Shown one piece after another: positions 19,269 to 28,799 of a stretch of DNA of 64,000 nucleotides. The DNA lies in NCBI GenBank assembly GCA_023396555.1, contig JAEWWC010000100.1, positions 6,634-70,633 on the forward strand, in the 5' to 3' direction. The notes beneath the pieces were generated by a model. It did not search any database and was not told where the DNA came from. It saw only the letters and a list, made by a program, of their open reading frames with translations. The position numbers and the translations under genes were made by a program. Origin of the DNA: Bacillota bacterium (GTDB lineage: Bacteria > Bacillota > Clostridia > Christensenellales > SZUA-584). Every line of letters starts with the position of its first letter. Position 1 is the stretch's first letter.

Positions 19269-19891
19269 AGGAGCCCCGCGCTCTTAAAGAGCGGCGTCAG
19301 GCTTTGGAGTATGAGCGCGTGCGTCTCCTGCTTGGTGCCCAATGCGTCAACGGAGATGATGCCAGGGCCGCGGGAGAGGCTGGTAAAACCGTCGAATACG
19401 CGCTGATGAAAAGCCATATCCTCGCTTTCCAGCCTGTCGTGCACCTTGTGCTCATTCATGCGCGCGAAGGCCCGCTCGGGCGGTATGTTGATGAACAGGG
19501 TCACGTCGGGCATGCACCCGGCTACCGCAGGAGCGTTTATCTGCTGAACCAGTTCCACGCCCAGTTCGCGGCCGTAGCCCTGATATGCCAGCGACGAATG
19601 GATAAAGCGGTCGCACAGCACGACGCTACCAGCGTCCAGCGCCGGGCGTATGACCTGGCGCACATGCGCGGCCCGCGCGGCAGCATATAGCATCGCCTCG
19701 GTGATAGCGTCTATTTCATTGTCTTTATCCAGCAGTACCTCTCTGATCTTCTCTGCAACGGGGCAGCCGCCGGGCTCACGCGTGCGCACCACGGCTACGC
19801 CCTGCTCCTCGAGGTATTCCGCGAGGAAACGCAGCTGCGTGGATTTGCCGCTGCCGTCCGCCCCTTCAAATGTGATGAACAGTCCGCTCAT
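19265..19891 (-). CDS. tmk: Thymidylate kinase
   Basis: 208-aa ORF with P-loop FITFEGADGSGKSTQ, the DRF motif (LCDRFIHSSLAYQG) and 4-nt overlaps with both neighbours. Confidence 0.9.
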   Translation of the reverse strand: MSGLFITFEGADGSGKSTQLRFLAEYLEEQGVAVVRTREPGGCPVAEKIREVLLDKDNEIDAITEAMLYAAARAAHVRQVIRPALDAGSVVLCDRFIHSSLAYQGYGRELGVELVQQINAPAVAGCMPDVTLFINIPPERAFARMNEHKVHDRLESEDMAFHQRVFDGFTSLSRGPGIISVDALGTKQETHALILQSLTPLFKSAGLL

Positions 19892-20571
19892 TTTGTTTCT
19901 CCCAGCATGTCGGACAGGTCCGTCACGCTGTCTATGATGAAATCCGGGCCCGCTTCCAGCAGTTCCTTTCGGTCGCCGTAACCGTAGAGCACGCCGATAG
20001 TGTCGAACCCGACCGACCGCCCGCCGATGATATCATGACAGCGGTCGCCCACCATCACAGCGTTCCCAGGCGCTGCGCCCAGACGGCTGACGCCGTGCTG
20101 AAGCACCTGTGTCTTATCGTATATGCCCTCTTCATGCCGCGCACCGAACACCTCGTCGAACAGCGGCAGCAGGCCGTAGCGCTCGAGTATCGGCAGCGCC
20201 ATGGCTTCCGGCTTGGACGTAGCGATGTAAAGCGCCTTGCCGGATGCCTTGATGGCACGGAGAGCCTCCTCAATACCGTCGTACAGCCAGCTTTCATGCA
20301 TGCCCTTGTCCAGATAGTATTCCCGGTAATAAGCGTATGTTGCCGCCGCGCGCTCCTCCGAAAAACCGAATGCTTCCATCAGATGCTTTTTGATGGGTGG
20401 CCCCACAAACGATCGTATGCGCGTTTCGTCGTTTTCCTCATAACCGACCTTGTCGAACATATAACGCACTGCGTTCATGCACCCCTGGCCCGATTCGGTG
20501 ATTGTGCCGTCCAGATCAATGAATACTGCCTTGTAGCCTCTGTAGTCTTTCCCTGTGATGTTGTCGATCAT
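19888..20571 (-). CDS. HAD-IA family hydrolase (phosphoglycolate phosphatase-like)
   Basis: 227-aa ORF with motif I FIDLDGT, motif II ATSK and motif IV MVGDRCHD. Confidence 0.8.
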   Translation of the reverse strand: MIDNITGKDYRGYKAVFIDLDGTITESGQGCMNAVRYMFDKVGYEENDETRIRSFVGPPIKKHLMEAFGFSEERAAATYAYYREYYLDKGMHESWLYDGIEEALRAIKASGKALYIATSKPEAMALPILERYGLLPLFDEVFGARHEEGIYDKTQVLQHGVSRLGAAPGNAVMVGDRCHDIIGGRSVGFDTIGVLYGYGDRKELLEAGPDFIIDSVTDLSDMLGETK

Positions 20572-21965
20572 GTCCTCTCCTTATAAACCCAAATGCTGTC
20601 ACCGTCGATGCCGAAAACCTCAAAGCCCTGCCTTTTGGCTTCCAGCAGATAACCGGCGATTTCAAACGTGATTTGCTGGCCCCGCGAGACCACCACTTCG
20701 GCTGGCGGATACACGCCCGCGGCGGACGCCGAGATGAGGCCTGCGGCGCGCTCGAGGCGCACTTTTTCTATATTACCCCAAAACCGCGAATTTTGCGAAT
20801 ACTTTGTGGGCTTGGGCATGGTGTACGGTGAAAAATACACATGGTTCTTCTGTGTGCGTTCAATACCCTTGAGCGCTTCATACAGCCTGTCCAGGTGGTC
20901 GGCGGTGGTCCCTGCCGATAGCATCAGAAGTATATTCTTCATGTCAGCCGCCTCAGCGTGGATGCCCTGCCGCGCAAGCATGCTTTTCACCATGAGGCCT
21001 GTATATCCCGAGCCGGAAACGTCGATGATGATTTTCAAGGGATCCTTGTCCGTCATATCAGGCACGCGGATCTCGGGGCAGCGGAAGCCGGGCACCAACC
21101 CCACTAATTCTTCGAACCGGCGGGCCAGGCTGATGACGCGGAACAGCTCCTGTTCGCCCTTGTCGCGCATGTAGGCGTGGGCATAGTCCATCGAGCCCAG
21201 CAGCACATACGACGGGCTGGTGGACTGGAAGCAGGACATGGCGCGTACCGCCTCCTCCTTGTTGACACGGGCTTTGCGGCCCACGCACAGACAGGCGCAC
21301 TGGTTCATGGCGGGCAGCATCTTATGGGCGCTTTCCACCCAGATGTCCGCACCGGCGATGGCGGGCGATTTGGGCAGCATGGATGAATACGCGAAATGCG
21401 CGCCGTGAGCGGCGTCCACCAGCAGCGGAATGCCTGCCCGGTGTGCGATGCCGGCGATCTCCTCAATGTCCGCGCAGAGCCCGAAATAATTGGGGTAGGT
21501 GATAAACACGGCTGCCGCGTCGCGGTGAGTTTTAAGCGCGTTGCGGATGTCCTCCGGCCGGGCTACGCAGGGGTAATCGCTGGGGGAGGATTCCAGATAA
21601 ACGGGGATCAGTCCGTGAGTGAATACGGCGTTGGCCGCGCTCACATGCACCCCGCGCGGAAATATCACCTTTTTGCCGCGGAACAGCGACAGCATGGCCG
21701 TGATGCCGGCGGTGGAGCCTCCGGTGGTGTAGACGACCGCTTCCGCACCGATGAATTCGGCATGCAGCGCCTGGCTCTCACGTATGGCGCCGGTAGGCGC
21801 AAGCAGGTTGTCCGCCCCCGGCAGCTCGGTGATATCGCACCAGAGCAGTTCGCCGCCGAAGTAGCCGGTATCGCCCTTGTGTCCGGGCATGCAGAGCCGG
21901 ACAGGCGCGTTTTCGCAGACGGTGGACATGGCATCCATAATGGGCGTCTGTCTGTTCATATTCAT
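20568..21965 (-). CDS. PLP-dependent Orn/Lys/Arg decarboxylase family protein (YaaO-like)
   Basis: 465-aa ORF with the PLP-lysine block SAHKMLPA. Its position upstream of tmk matches the Bacillus yaaO-tmk arrangement. Confidence 0.75.
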   Translation of the reverse strand: MNMNRQTPIMDAMSTVCENAPVRLCMPGHKGDTGYFGGELLWCDITELPGADNLLAPTGAIRESQALHAEFIGAEAVVYTTGGSTAGITAMLSLFRGKKVIFPRGVHVSAANAVFTHGLIPVYLESSPSDYPCVARPEDIRNALKTHRDAAAVFITYPNYFGLCADIEEIAGIAHRAGIPLLVDAAHGAHFAYSSMLPKSPAIAGADIWVESAHKMLPAMNQCACLCVGRKARVNKEEAVRAMSCFQSTSPSYVLLGSMDYAHAYMRDKGEQELFRVISLARRFEELVGLVPGFRCPEIRVPDMTDKDPLKIIIDVSGSGYTGLMVKSMLARQGIHAEAADMKNILLMLSAGTTADHLDRLYEALKGIERTQKNHVYFSPYTMPKPTKYSQNSRFWGNIEKVRLERAAGLISASAAGVYPPAEVVVSRGQQITFEIAGYLLEAKRQGFEVFGIDGDSIWVYKERT

Positions 21966-22064
21966 CGCTCACCCCTTTAAGCGTTATTGGCAAAGGTTAC
22001 ATAGGCCTTTTCTATTTGGGCAAAGTATGAGATAATAACTGTGCCCAAAGCGAAAGGAGGCGTT

Positions 22065-22862
22065 ATGAAAAAGACGGAGCGCGAAAACATGCTGCTGTTT
22101 TCCAAGGAGTCTGTGGCCGGCCTGCACAGATACAGGCTATATTTTACGCCCTTATCGTCGCTGCGTGACGAGACGCCGCGGGTGTTCCGGCTGCTCGTCA
22201 GAACGCCGTTTTCTTTCAGCCAATTTCAGCTGGGCCGCGTTTACACGCTGACCTACAACAATGTCCATATACTTTCCAGCGTGCCCAAGGAGGAGTTTAA
22301 CCTGCAGGAGGAGGATTTCTCTAAGCTGCTGCAGACCCGGGACCTCAAGTTCATGGACAAGAAGACGTCGGCGGCGCTGCGCTCAGTCGACATGCCATAT
22401 TTCTCCAAGAATCGCTATTATTCCTTTACTGAAATGAAGGAAATCGTCAATTATCGGCCTGATTTTTTGACGCGTGTCGCCATCACGACCTTTTCCACCG
22501 TGATGACCGGCGTGGCGCTGCTGGGCCCGTTCTGCCTCTACGCCTGGATGCTCTACCTGCTCATCCGGGGGCAGCTGAATCTGGTCGGGTTTACGACGCG
22601 CTCGCTCGTTCTGCCCATCATGGGCATTGGAGCGCTGCCCGCGGCGCTGTTCATCATGTCGGTGCTGTTCGCTTTGAGTGAACTGGCCCTGCTCCGGATC
22701 GACTTCACCAAGGGCAACATACTTAAAAAATACACGCTGGCCTGGGGCGGCATACGCAAAAGCATTTTTTTCGAGGTCAGCGACATAAACTACATTAAAA
22801 AGTTCGGCATCGCGGCAGGCATAACGCTTGTGGTGTCGATACTCCTGTCACTGCTTGTCTGA
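22065..22862 (+). CDS. Hypothetical membrane protein (soluble N-terminal half, 3-4 C-terminal TM helices)
   Basis: The start was chosen at the ATG after AAAGGAGG, inside track ORF 22041..22862. Hydrophobic segments run from about residue 150 to the end. No motif recognised. Confidence 0.55.
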   Translation: MKKTERENMLLFSKESVAGLHRYRLYFTPLSSLRDETPRVFRLLVRTPFSFSQFQLGRVYTLTYNNVHILSSVPKEEFNLQEEDFSKLLQTRDLKFMDKKTSAALRSVDMPYFSKNRYYSFTEMKEIVNYRPDFLTRVAITTFSTVMTGVALLGPFCLYAWMLYLLIRGQLNLVGFTTRSLVLPIMGIGALPAALFIMSVLFALSELALLRIDFTKGNILKKYTLAWGGIRKSIFFEVSDINYIKKFGIAAGITLVVSILLSLLV

Positions 22863-23389
22863 CGCATCCGGGCGCTGTTCGATCAGCTCCCGAAGAACGC
22901 CACTCGGTTCAAAAAACGCCGTATTTTCCTGGTTCATGTTTATTGACGCCATACTACCCCTGCGACAAAGGGATGCTACTGAGTTGCCGGTTTTTTTGCG
23001 TTTTCAGACTAACGTTCCAATATCAGTTCGCCGTCGCTCCGCCATGTGCTTACTCGGTGAGCCACTGCCGGACAACGCCTAATACCACCAGTTGCCAGTG
23101 GCTCGGACAGTTTTTTCGACTCAATCTTTCTTTCATGAAACATCTTTGCATACACATGTTATAAGAACATGCATAAGGCTATTATAAGGCACATGCTCCC
23201 TGGAGCGCAACGCTGTTTCGACGAAAATCGCAGTTTGTGTACTCTGTATCATTCGAGCTCAGTGGGTGGAGGACGGCATGCTGGCGTTGAGAGCCGGACG
23301 AGTGACCTGCAGCGGCGATTTTCCGTCCGATGACGGCGGGCTGGCTGCGGCGATACGGTGGTATACCGCATAAATAAGGAGGAGCCGCC

Positions 23390-24721
23390 ATGAAACACGG
23401 CATACCCCGATTGATCGGGGCGGCGGTACAGGATACAGAGGATAAGCGGCGGAAACGCCGCATCTATATGTGGGTCGCGGCAGGCGGCGTACTGGTTGTG
23501 GCATTGTGTGCGGTGGGCATCGCGCTGCTGCGCGAACCGCCAAAGCCGCCGGTGAACCTCGGCGTGGTGGCGGCAGAGCAGTACATCAGCGAATACAAGA
23601 TGGAGCGCGAGGCGCTGATGAGTGTGCCGCAGAAGGAACTGGGGGAACGCCTGCTGTCGGAGCCATTTGAAATAGAAGCGGACGTCACAGCGAGCGCGGA
23701 CAATCTGGCAGCGACGCTGGGGCTGCCGGTAAGCAAGCTCGTTCTGGGGTTGGACGCCAAGTACGATTTGAACGACCTCGGCATAAAGCTCCGGATGATG
23801 GGTATGGAGTACGCCAGCGCGTACCTGATCGGCGACGACGTGGTGCTGAGCGTGATGGGCAACGCCTATAGCACACCGCTCTCTCTGTCAGCGCAGGGGC
23901 TGGAAGGGAGTATGGGCTTGAGTGACCGGCTGAATCGTTTCGTGCCGCTGTTGTCGAAAGACCTGGCTTTTTATACCCGACTGGCGGATATCGCGGCGCA
24001 GAGCGTGCCAGATGAATACACGACGGTCTATGACGACGACGCGTTCAGTCCGCTGGACGGGGCGGACGCCGGAATGACCGTCATCGAGACGACGCTGGAC
24101 GAGGCGGCGATACAGGTGGTGCTGGCCAACATGGACGCACGACTGCAGCGGGACACAGCGCTGCGTGAACAGGCGGAGGGGATACTGCTGGACGCGGCGG
24201 CGCTCTACGGCTTCGAGGCGGACAGCCTGGACGAATGGCTGGCGGCAGTGGCGGACGGTTCGGCGATCGCGGACGATTTCGAACTGCGCTGGCAGGTGTA
24301 TGAGAGGAACGGGCGCTATGTTGGGCTGGCCGTGCAAACATCACAGGGCGGGAAGGCCACCGAATGGAAGCTGCTGAGCGAGCTGGACGGGCGCGAGAGC
24401 CACGAAGCGTTTGCGATGTCGGTGAACGGCGAGGTGTTGCAGAGCACGGACTACACCGTGGTATACGACGGGAACATCGTTAAGCTGGAGGGAACGTTCC
24501 GTCCGGACGCGGCCAGCGTATTCAGCTTCACGGCGGACCTGACGTTTGACAAGAACGGCGACGCGTATAAGCTGGCGGGAACTGTGGACATAGACGGGCC
24601 GGTGATCAGCGCGGAGGCGCAGCCGGTGAGCCTCGTCATAGACGCGGACATACGCGCGGGCGAAGGCCTTGATACGCTGAAGGAAAGCCGCGACTGGCAG
24701 GACGTCTACGCCGAGAAGTGA
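23390..24721 (+). CDS. Hypothetical N-terminally membrane-anchored extracytoplasmic protein
   Basis: 443-aa ORF with a strong RBS (AAGGAGGAG) and a basic stretch followed by one TM helix (IYMWVAAGGVLVVALCAVGIALL). No motif recognised. Confidence 0.6.
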   Translation: MKHGIPRLIGAAVQDTEDKRRKRRIYMWVAAGGVLVVALCAVGIALLREPPKPPVNLGVVAAEQYISEYKMEREALMSVPQKELGERLLSEPFEIEADVTASADNLAATLGLPVSKLVLGLDAKYDLNDLGIKLRMMGMEYASAYLIGDDVVLSVMGNAYSTPLSLSAQGLEGSMGLSDRLNRFVPLLSKDLAFYTRLADIAAQSVPDEYTTVYDDDAFSPLDGADAGMTVIETTLDEAAIQVVLANMDARLQRDTALREQAEGILLDAAALYGFEADSLDEWLAAVADGSAIADDFELRWQVYERNGRYVGLAVQTSQGGKATEWKLLSELDGRESHEAFAMSVNGEVLQSTDYTVVYDGNIVKLEGTFRPDAASVFSFTADLTFDKNGDAYKLAGTVDIDGPVISAEAQPVSLVIDADIRAGEGLDTLKESRDWQDVYAEK

Positions 24722-24853
24722 AACAGCCTGACGGAGCCGTGGCAGAATCTGATATTGCCATAGGTGGACCGAAAACACGAATGAAGAGGCTTTTTACGGT
24801 GGATTTAAAAAGGTGTTTAACGATGTGATGACGGGGACGCGGCGACACTTGTG

Positions 24854-25232
24854 ATGGAGCGGCAGAATGCTACGGGACGGATTGGCGAAGTCGCGCCGCT
24901 GCTGGATGCGGCGTATGCGTCGATTACCTGCTGGCGGGGCTGGCGATAAAGGGGCGTGCCGTCGCTGGTCAGCCGTTTGCGCGACAAGACGGCGGCGGTG
25001 CTGGCCGTGTCGGTGCTGACCATCGCTAACGCGCTGCTGGGGTCCATGCTGGTGAGGCTGCCCGGCGGCGGGCGCGTTCTCGCTGGTTACGTATCTGCTG
25101 CCCGCGCGGTGGCTGTCCGCTTTGGACGTGCTGTGCGCACCGCTGTGCATCGCGGGGTTCGCGGTTTACGCGGCTGTTGTCAACGTGCTGCCGTTTTTGC
25201 TGCGGCGCAAGAGGGGGAATAATAGGGCTTAA
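24854..25232 (+). pseudogene. Possible frameshifted small membrane-protein gene
   Basis: Hydrophobic peptides are spread over three frames: MERQNATGRIGEVAPLLDAAYA.., ..AAVLAVSVLTIANALLGSML.., and ..LVTYLLPARWLSALDVLCAPLCIAGFAVYAAVVNVLPFLLRRKRG*. GC-rich DNA makes spurious ORFs easy, so this call is tentative. Confidence 0.3.
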
Positions 25233-25299
25233 GGAAAGACCGTGGAGGCGCTGCCTCCACACCACCGCTCAAGGGACTTGTCCCTTGGGAATCCCATCG

Positions 25300-25324
25300 A
25301 AAAAATGCCTGACGGCATTTTTTG
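25300..25324. terminator. Bidirectional intrinsic terminator
   Basis: AAAAAATGCC-TGAC-GGCATTTTTT. It is preceded by two further hairpins: GTGGAGGC..GCCTCCAC at 25242-25260 and CAAGGGAC..GTCCCTTG at 25270-25287. Confidence 0.7.
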
Positions 25325-25385
25325 TATTATTTTTTAAGTTGGAATAAGTAAGGTATCCCAATTGGGTTTATTATATATAATTTTT

Positions 25386-26063
25386 CTACAACAACAGCGC
25401 TTTTTGCGCCAGCTTCTTCATTCGTTCACTGCCAAACGATATATCGATCAGACCCTCATGGGCACGACGGCGCAAATACTCAAACGAGTACGTGATGGAC
25501 TCGGCGTGGTCGAACGCGAGGCCGCCGCTCTGCAGCGGGGAGATTTTCTGCATCTGTCCAACGGGCCATGTGACAATTGGGTATAATGTTTCCGTGCTGG
25601 TCAGTGTGTATGATGTCTCCACCAAGCCATCCTTTTCTTTAGTTACGTAATCGGATAGCTGGAACCACTCCGCTTCTGCCGCGTCGTCGCCCGCGCAGGC
25701 CTGTACCTGACTGCGGTCGACCAGCCCAGCAAAGCTGACGGTGATCACGCGGTCGCGCGGATCGCGGTCCGGTTCGCCCCAGACAAAAACCTGCTCGATG
25801 TATGGGCTGATCAGACCCGTTTCTTCTTCCAGCTCACGCATCGCGCTGTCCAATATGTCCTCGTCCAGATTCACGAAGCCACCCGGCAGCGCCCAACGGC
25901 CTTTGTACGGGTAGCCGCCCCGTTTGATCAGCAGTATGGAGAGGCCGTTCTCGTCTACGGCGAACAGCGCGGTGTCCGCCGCAACGCCGGGATTGCGGTA
26001 CTTGGTAGGGTCATAGTTTTTCAGGAACTGCTCTTCCTCGGGGGAAGACGGGATATATGGCAT
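25386..26063 (-). CDS. NUDIX hydrolase with C-terminal winged-helix-like extension (NrtR-like)
   Basis: The start is at the ATG preceded by AGGAGG. The Nudix box is GGFVNLDEDILDSAMRELEEETG. The C-terminal LAFDHAESITYSFEYLRRR resembles the NrtR DNA-binding domain. Confidence 0.75.
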   Translation of the reverse strand: MPYIPSSPEEEQFLKNYDPTKYRNPGVAADTALFAVDENGLSILLIKRGGYPYKGRWALPGGFVNLDEDILDSAMRELEEETGLISPYIEQVFVWGEPDRDPRDRVITVSFAGLVDRSQVQACAGDDAAEAEWFQLSDYVTKEKDGLVETSYTLTSTETLYPIVTWPVGQMQKISPLQSGGLAFDHAESITYSFEYLRRRAHEGLIDISFGSERMKKLAQKALLL

Positions 26064-26074
26064 GGATGTACCTC

Positions 26075-27163
26075 CTAACGGCACACGGCGTCGATCACGC
26101 CGCCGCCGATGCATTCGTCCCCGATGTACAGCGCAATGTACTGGCCAGGCGTTACCGCACGCTGGCGCTGTTCGAATTCCACGCGCGCACCGTCGTCCAT
26201 CAGCGTTACGCGCGCCTGCTGGTCCGGCTGGCGGTAGCGCACCTTGGCGGTGCAGTCGAATGAACGGCCCTCCGGTTTGTTGATGAAGCTTAAGCCCGTC
26301 GCCAGCAGCGCCTCAGAATACAGCGCATCCGGTTCACCCTGCTCCACATAGAGTATGTTCTTTGTAACGTCCTTGTCCACCACGAACCAGCGCGCGTCAG
26401 AAGCGTCTGTTTTCCCGCCGATGCCTAGTCCGCGCCGCTGCCCCAACGTATAATACATCACGCCTTCGTGCCGCCCCACGACTTTTCCCGCCGACGTCAT
26501 GATGTCGCCGGGCTTTCCGGGCAGGAAGCCGGACAGGAAATCGCGGAACTTGCGTTCGCCGATGAAGCAGATGCCGGTGGAATCCTTCTTTTCTGCGACG
26601 CGCAGGCCGAGCTGAGCCGCCACGGCGCGCACCTCCGTCTTTTGCATATCGCCGATGGGGAACATGGCCGCGCCCACCTGCTGCTGCGACAGCATGCACA
26701 AAAAATATGTCTGGTCCTTGGAAACGTCGGCGGCGCGCAGCAGATGCGGCCCGTTTGAGCGGGCGTAATGGCCGGTGGCAAGCTTCTCCGCGCCCAGCTT
26801 ACGCGCATGTTCCAGAAACGCCGCGAATTTAATCTCCGAGTTGCAAAGCACGTCCGGATTGGGAGTGCGCCCGCGCTGGTATTCGCCGAGGAAGTATGTG
26901 AACACGCGGTCGTAATATTCCTGCTCGAAGTTGACCGTATAGTAGGGGATGTCCAGCGTCAGGCAGACGGATTTGACGTCGTCGTAGTCCTGCGCGGCGT
27001 TGCAGCCCTGGCCGTCGTCCTGCCAGTTCTTCATGAACACGCCCACCACGTCATAACCCTGCTGCTTCAATATATGCGCCGCCACGGCGGAATCTACGCC
27101 GCCCGACATGCCGCAGACGATGCGCGTCTTTTTGTTCTCTCTCAAGGCCAGTCCTCGTTCCAA
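26075..27163 (-). CDS. mnmA: tRNA 2-thiouridine(34) synthase
   Basis: 362-aa ORF with PP-loop CGMSGGVDSAV, then VGVFMKNW and a conserved Cys (STGICFIGE). Confidence 0.9.
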   Translation of the reverse strand: MERGLALRENKKTRIVCGMSGGVDSAVAAHILKQQGYDVVGVFMKNWQDDGQGCNAAQDYDDVKSVCLTLDIPYYTVNFEQEYYDRVFTYFLGEYQRGRTPNPDVLCNSEIKFAAFLEHARKLGAEKLATGHYARSNGPHLLRAADVSKDQTYFLCMLSQQQVGAAMFPIGDMQKTEVRAVAAQLGLRVAEKKDSTGICFIGERKFRDFLSGFLPGKPGDIMTSAGKVVGRHEGVMYYTLGQRRGLGIGGKTDASDARWFVVDKDVTKNILYVEQGEPDALYSEALLATGLSFINKPEGRSFDCTAKVRYRQPDQQARVTLMDDGARVEFEQRQRAVTPGQYIALYIGDECIGGGVIDAVCR

Positions 27164-27278
27164 GTTTCTTTACTCATTATACGTTTTTGCGCTCAGGCCG
27201 TCAACGAACGCGGCGGACGGTGGAATGCGGCGGATAAAGATGATATAGTGGGGACAATACAGGAAGGAGGCTTGCGGC

Positions 27279-28112
27279 ATGAAAGGTACGCACAAAAAGC
27301 CCGGCAGGGCGGGCGTTATCAGATGGATCGTCGCCGGAATGGTGATCGCGGCGGATCTGTTTGTGTTCGTCTGGCTGTATCCGTTGCTGCAAAGCCATGT
27401 GGTGATGGGCGTGTACTCGGCGCAGCAGATGAACGCCAGCGTGATGCGCGAATGCGGCATGGGCGTGGATATACCGCGCGCGGACGGCTGGTATCAGCAG
27501 ATGCTGGTGTTCAATGCGGACAGCTTTTCGGCATGGTCGGGCATCGATGCCGACATGTCGATACTGTACAGCTTCGGCGCGTTTGATCTGGCGCGGCGCA
27601 CGTCGTCGCTGTACGACCCCCCCAGCGATAAGTACTCCGCGTTTTACGGCGCGTACGTGGTGAAGAAGGACGGCGGCGCTTTCGGCTTCGATGAGGGTGG
27701 CGCACTCGATATGGATGAGGTAACGGTGGCGGTGGAATACGACTATACGCAGCTGGTGATGGCGAATTTCGGCTGCAAGGAGCCGGTGTTCGAGGTCCGG
27801 GATATGACAACGCTGGAGAACGCCGTGTGCGCGGGCAGCGGCGGCTGGGCGCGCATCGACGCGGAAATGCGTGTCAACGGCGCGGCTCACACATACAAGG
27901 AGAATAAGCTGGCCTATCTGCAATACGGTAAGCCGATGCGGATATCCAGTCCGGACTTTACTGAGGTTGATATGGTGGGGCGGGTATACGCTAAATACTT
28001 CCCCTCATCCGGCTGCACAGTGATGATATACTGCATCGCGCCGGACACGGAAACGGTGGACGAATGCGACGCGGGCGCACTGCAGCGGTCGGTGATCGGG
28101 GCTTCAAATTAG
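27279..28112 (+). CDS. Hypothetical N-terminally membrane-anchored protein
   Basis: 277-aa ORF with a basic N-terminus followed by one TM helix (WIVAGMVIAADLFVFVWLY). No motif recognised. Confidence 0.55.
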   Translation: MKGTHKKPGRAGVIRWIVAGMVIAADLFVFVWLYPLLQSHVVMGVYSAQQMNASVMRECGMGVDIPRADGWYQQMLVFNADSFSAWSGIDADMSILYSFGAFDLARRTSSLYDPPSDKYSAFYGAYVVKKDGGAFGFDEGGALDMDEVTVAVEYDYTQLVMANFGCKEPVFEVRDMTTLENAVCAGSGGWARIDAEMRVNGAAHTYKENKLAYLQYGKPMRISSPDFTEVDMVGRVYAKYFPSSGCTVMIYCIAPDTETVDECDAGALQRSVIGASN

Positions 28113-28514
28113 GTCGGCGATAGCCTGCGCCGCCAGCTCGATGAGTTCCTTGGCGGGCATGTCGGTTGTACCGGGGATGATGAAGTTGCATCGGGATATG
28201 GGGATCAGCACCTTTTTGGCGGGGCTTTCGGCGATGGCACGCGCCATGCGCGGCGTGATTTCGCCCAGCATGCCGCTGGCCGCGATGATGCCGAGACCAC
28301 CGACGACGACGTCCGCGCTGCGCGCGCCCATACAGACCGCGTTTTCTCCGGTGGCGCATTCATGCGCACCACCCTTTTTCATGGCGGCGGTGGCGGCTAT
28401 GTTGGTGCCGACCGCGGTCAGGCGTATGCGCTCGCCGCACTTTTCGGTCAGCTTCTTTACGATGGATGCGCCAAGTCCCCCGCCCTGGGCGTCCACAACA
28501 ACGACATGCAGCAT
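28104..28514 (-). CDS. DUF3842-like protein
   Basis: The start was chosen at MLHVVVVDAQGGGLG, which has an RBS GGGGGA 7 nt upstream. The track ORF extends to 28664. The family name is from memory of the M..AVIDGQGGGIG pattern. Confidence 0.55.
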   Translation of the reverse strand: MLHVVVVDAQGGGLGASIVKKLTEKCGERIRLTAVGTNIAATAAMKKGGAHECATGENAVCMGARSADVVVGGLGIIAASGMLGEITPRMARAIAESPAKKVLIPISRCNFIIPGTTDMPAKELIELAAQAIADLI

Positions 28515-28799
28515 AACAGTTCCCCCGTCGCTCATTATATACCGCCTGGCTATGCCGGACAAGCATGATATAGTAGCGGATATTTGTTTAAGCCGATATT
28601 CTGCAATGCAGTGAGGAATGAGGGCGCTATAATACAGATGGAACGTTGTCCGGGTTCTTAACAAAAGTGCAGAATGTGTTTGGCAATAATTTCGCCGCCA
28701 GTTATATTTTTTTCTTTAAAAGGATGGTAATATAATATATAATACGCTACTGAGGGGTATATCGATTTTTATTATCGATTTAAATAAGGAGGAAATACA

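Noticed and set aside
22863-23389. Possibility that the gap encodes RNase P RNA, SRP RNA or 6S RNA
   Set aside because: I could not find the hallmark conserved boxes, such as the GAGGAAAGTCC-type P4 sequence of RNase P or the SRP domain IV motif. The region is kept only as an unexplained item in the findings.
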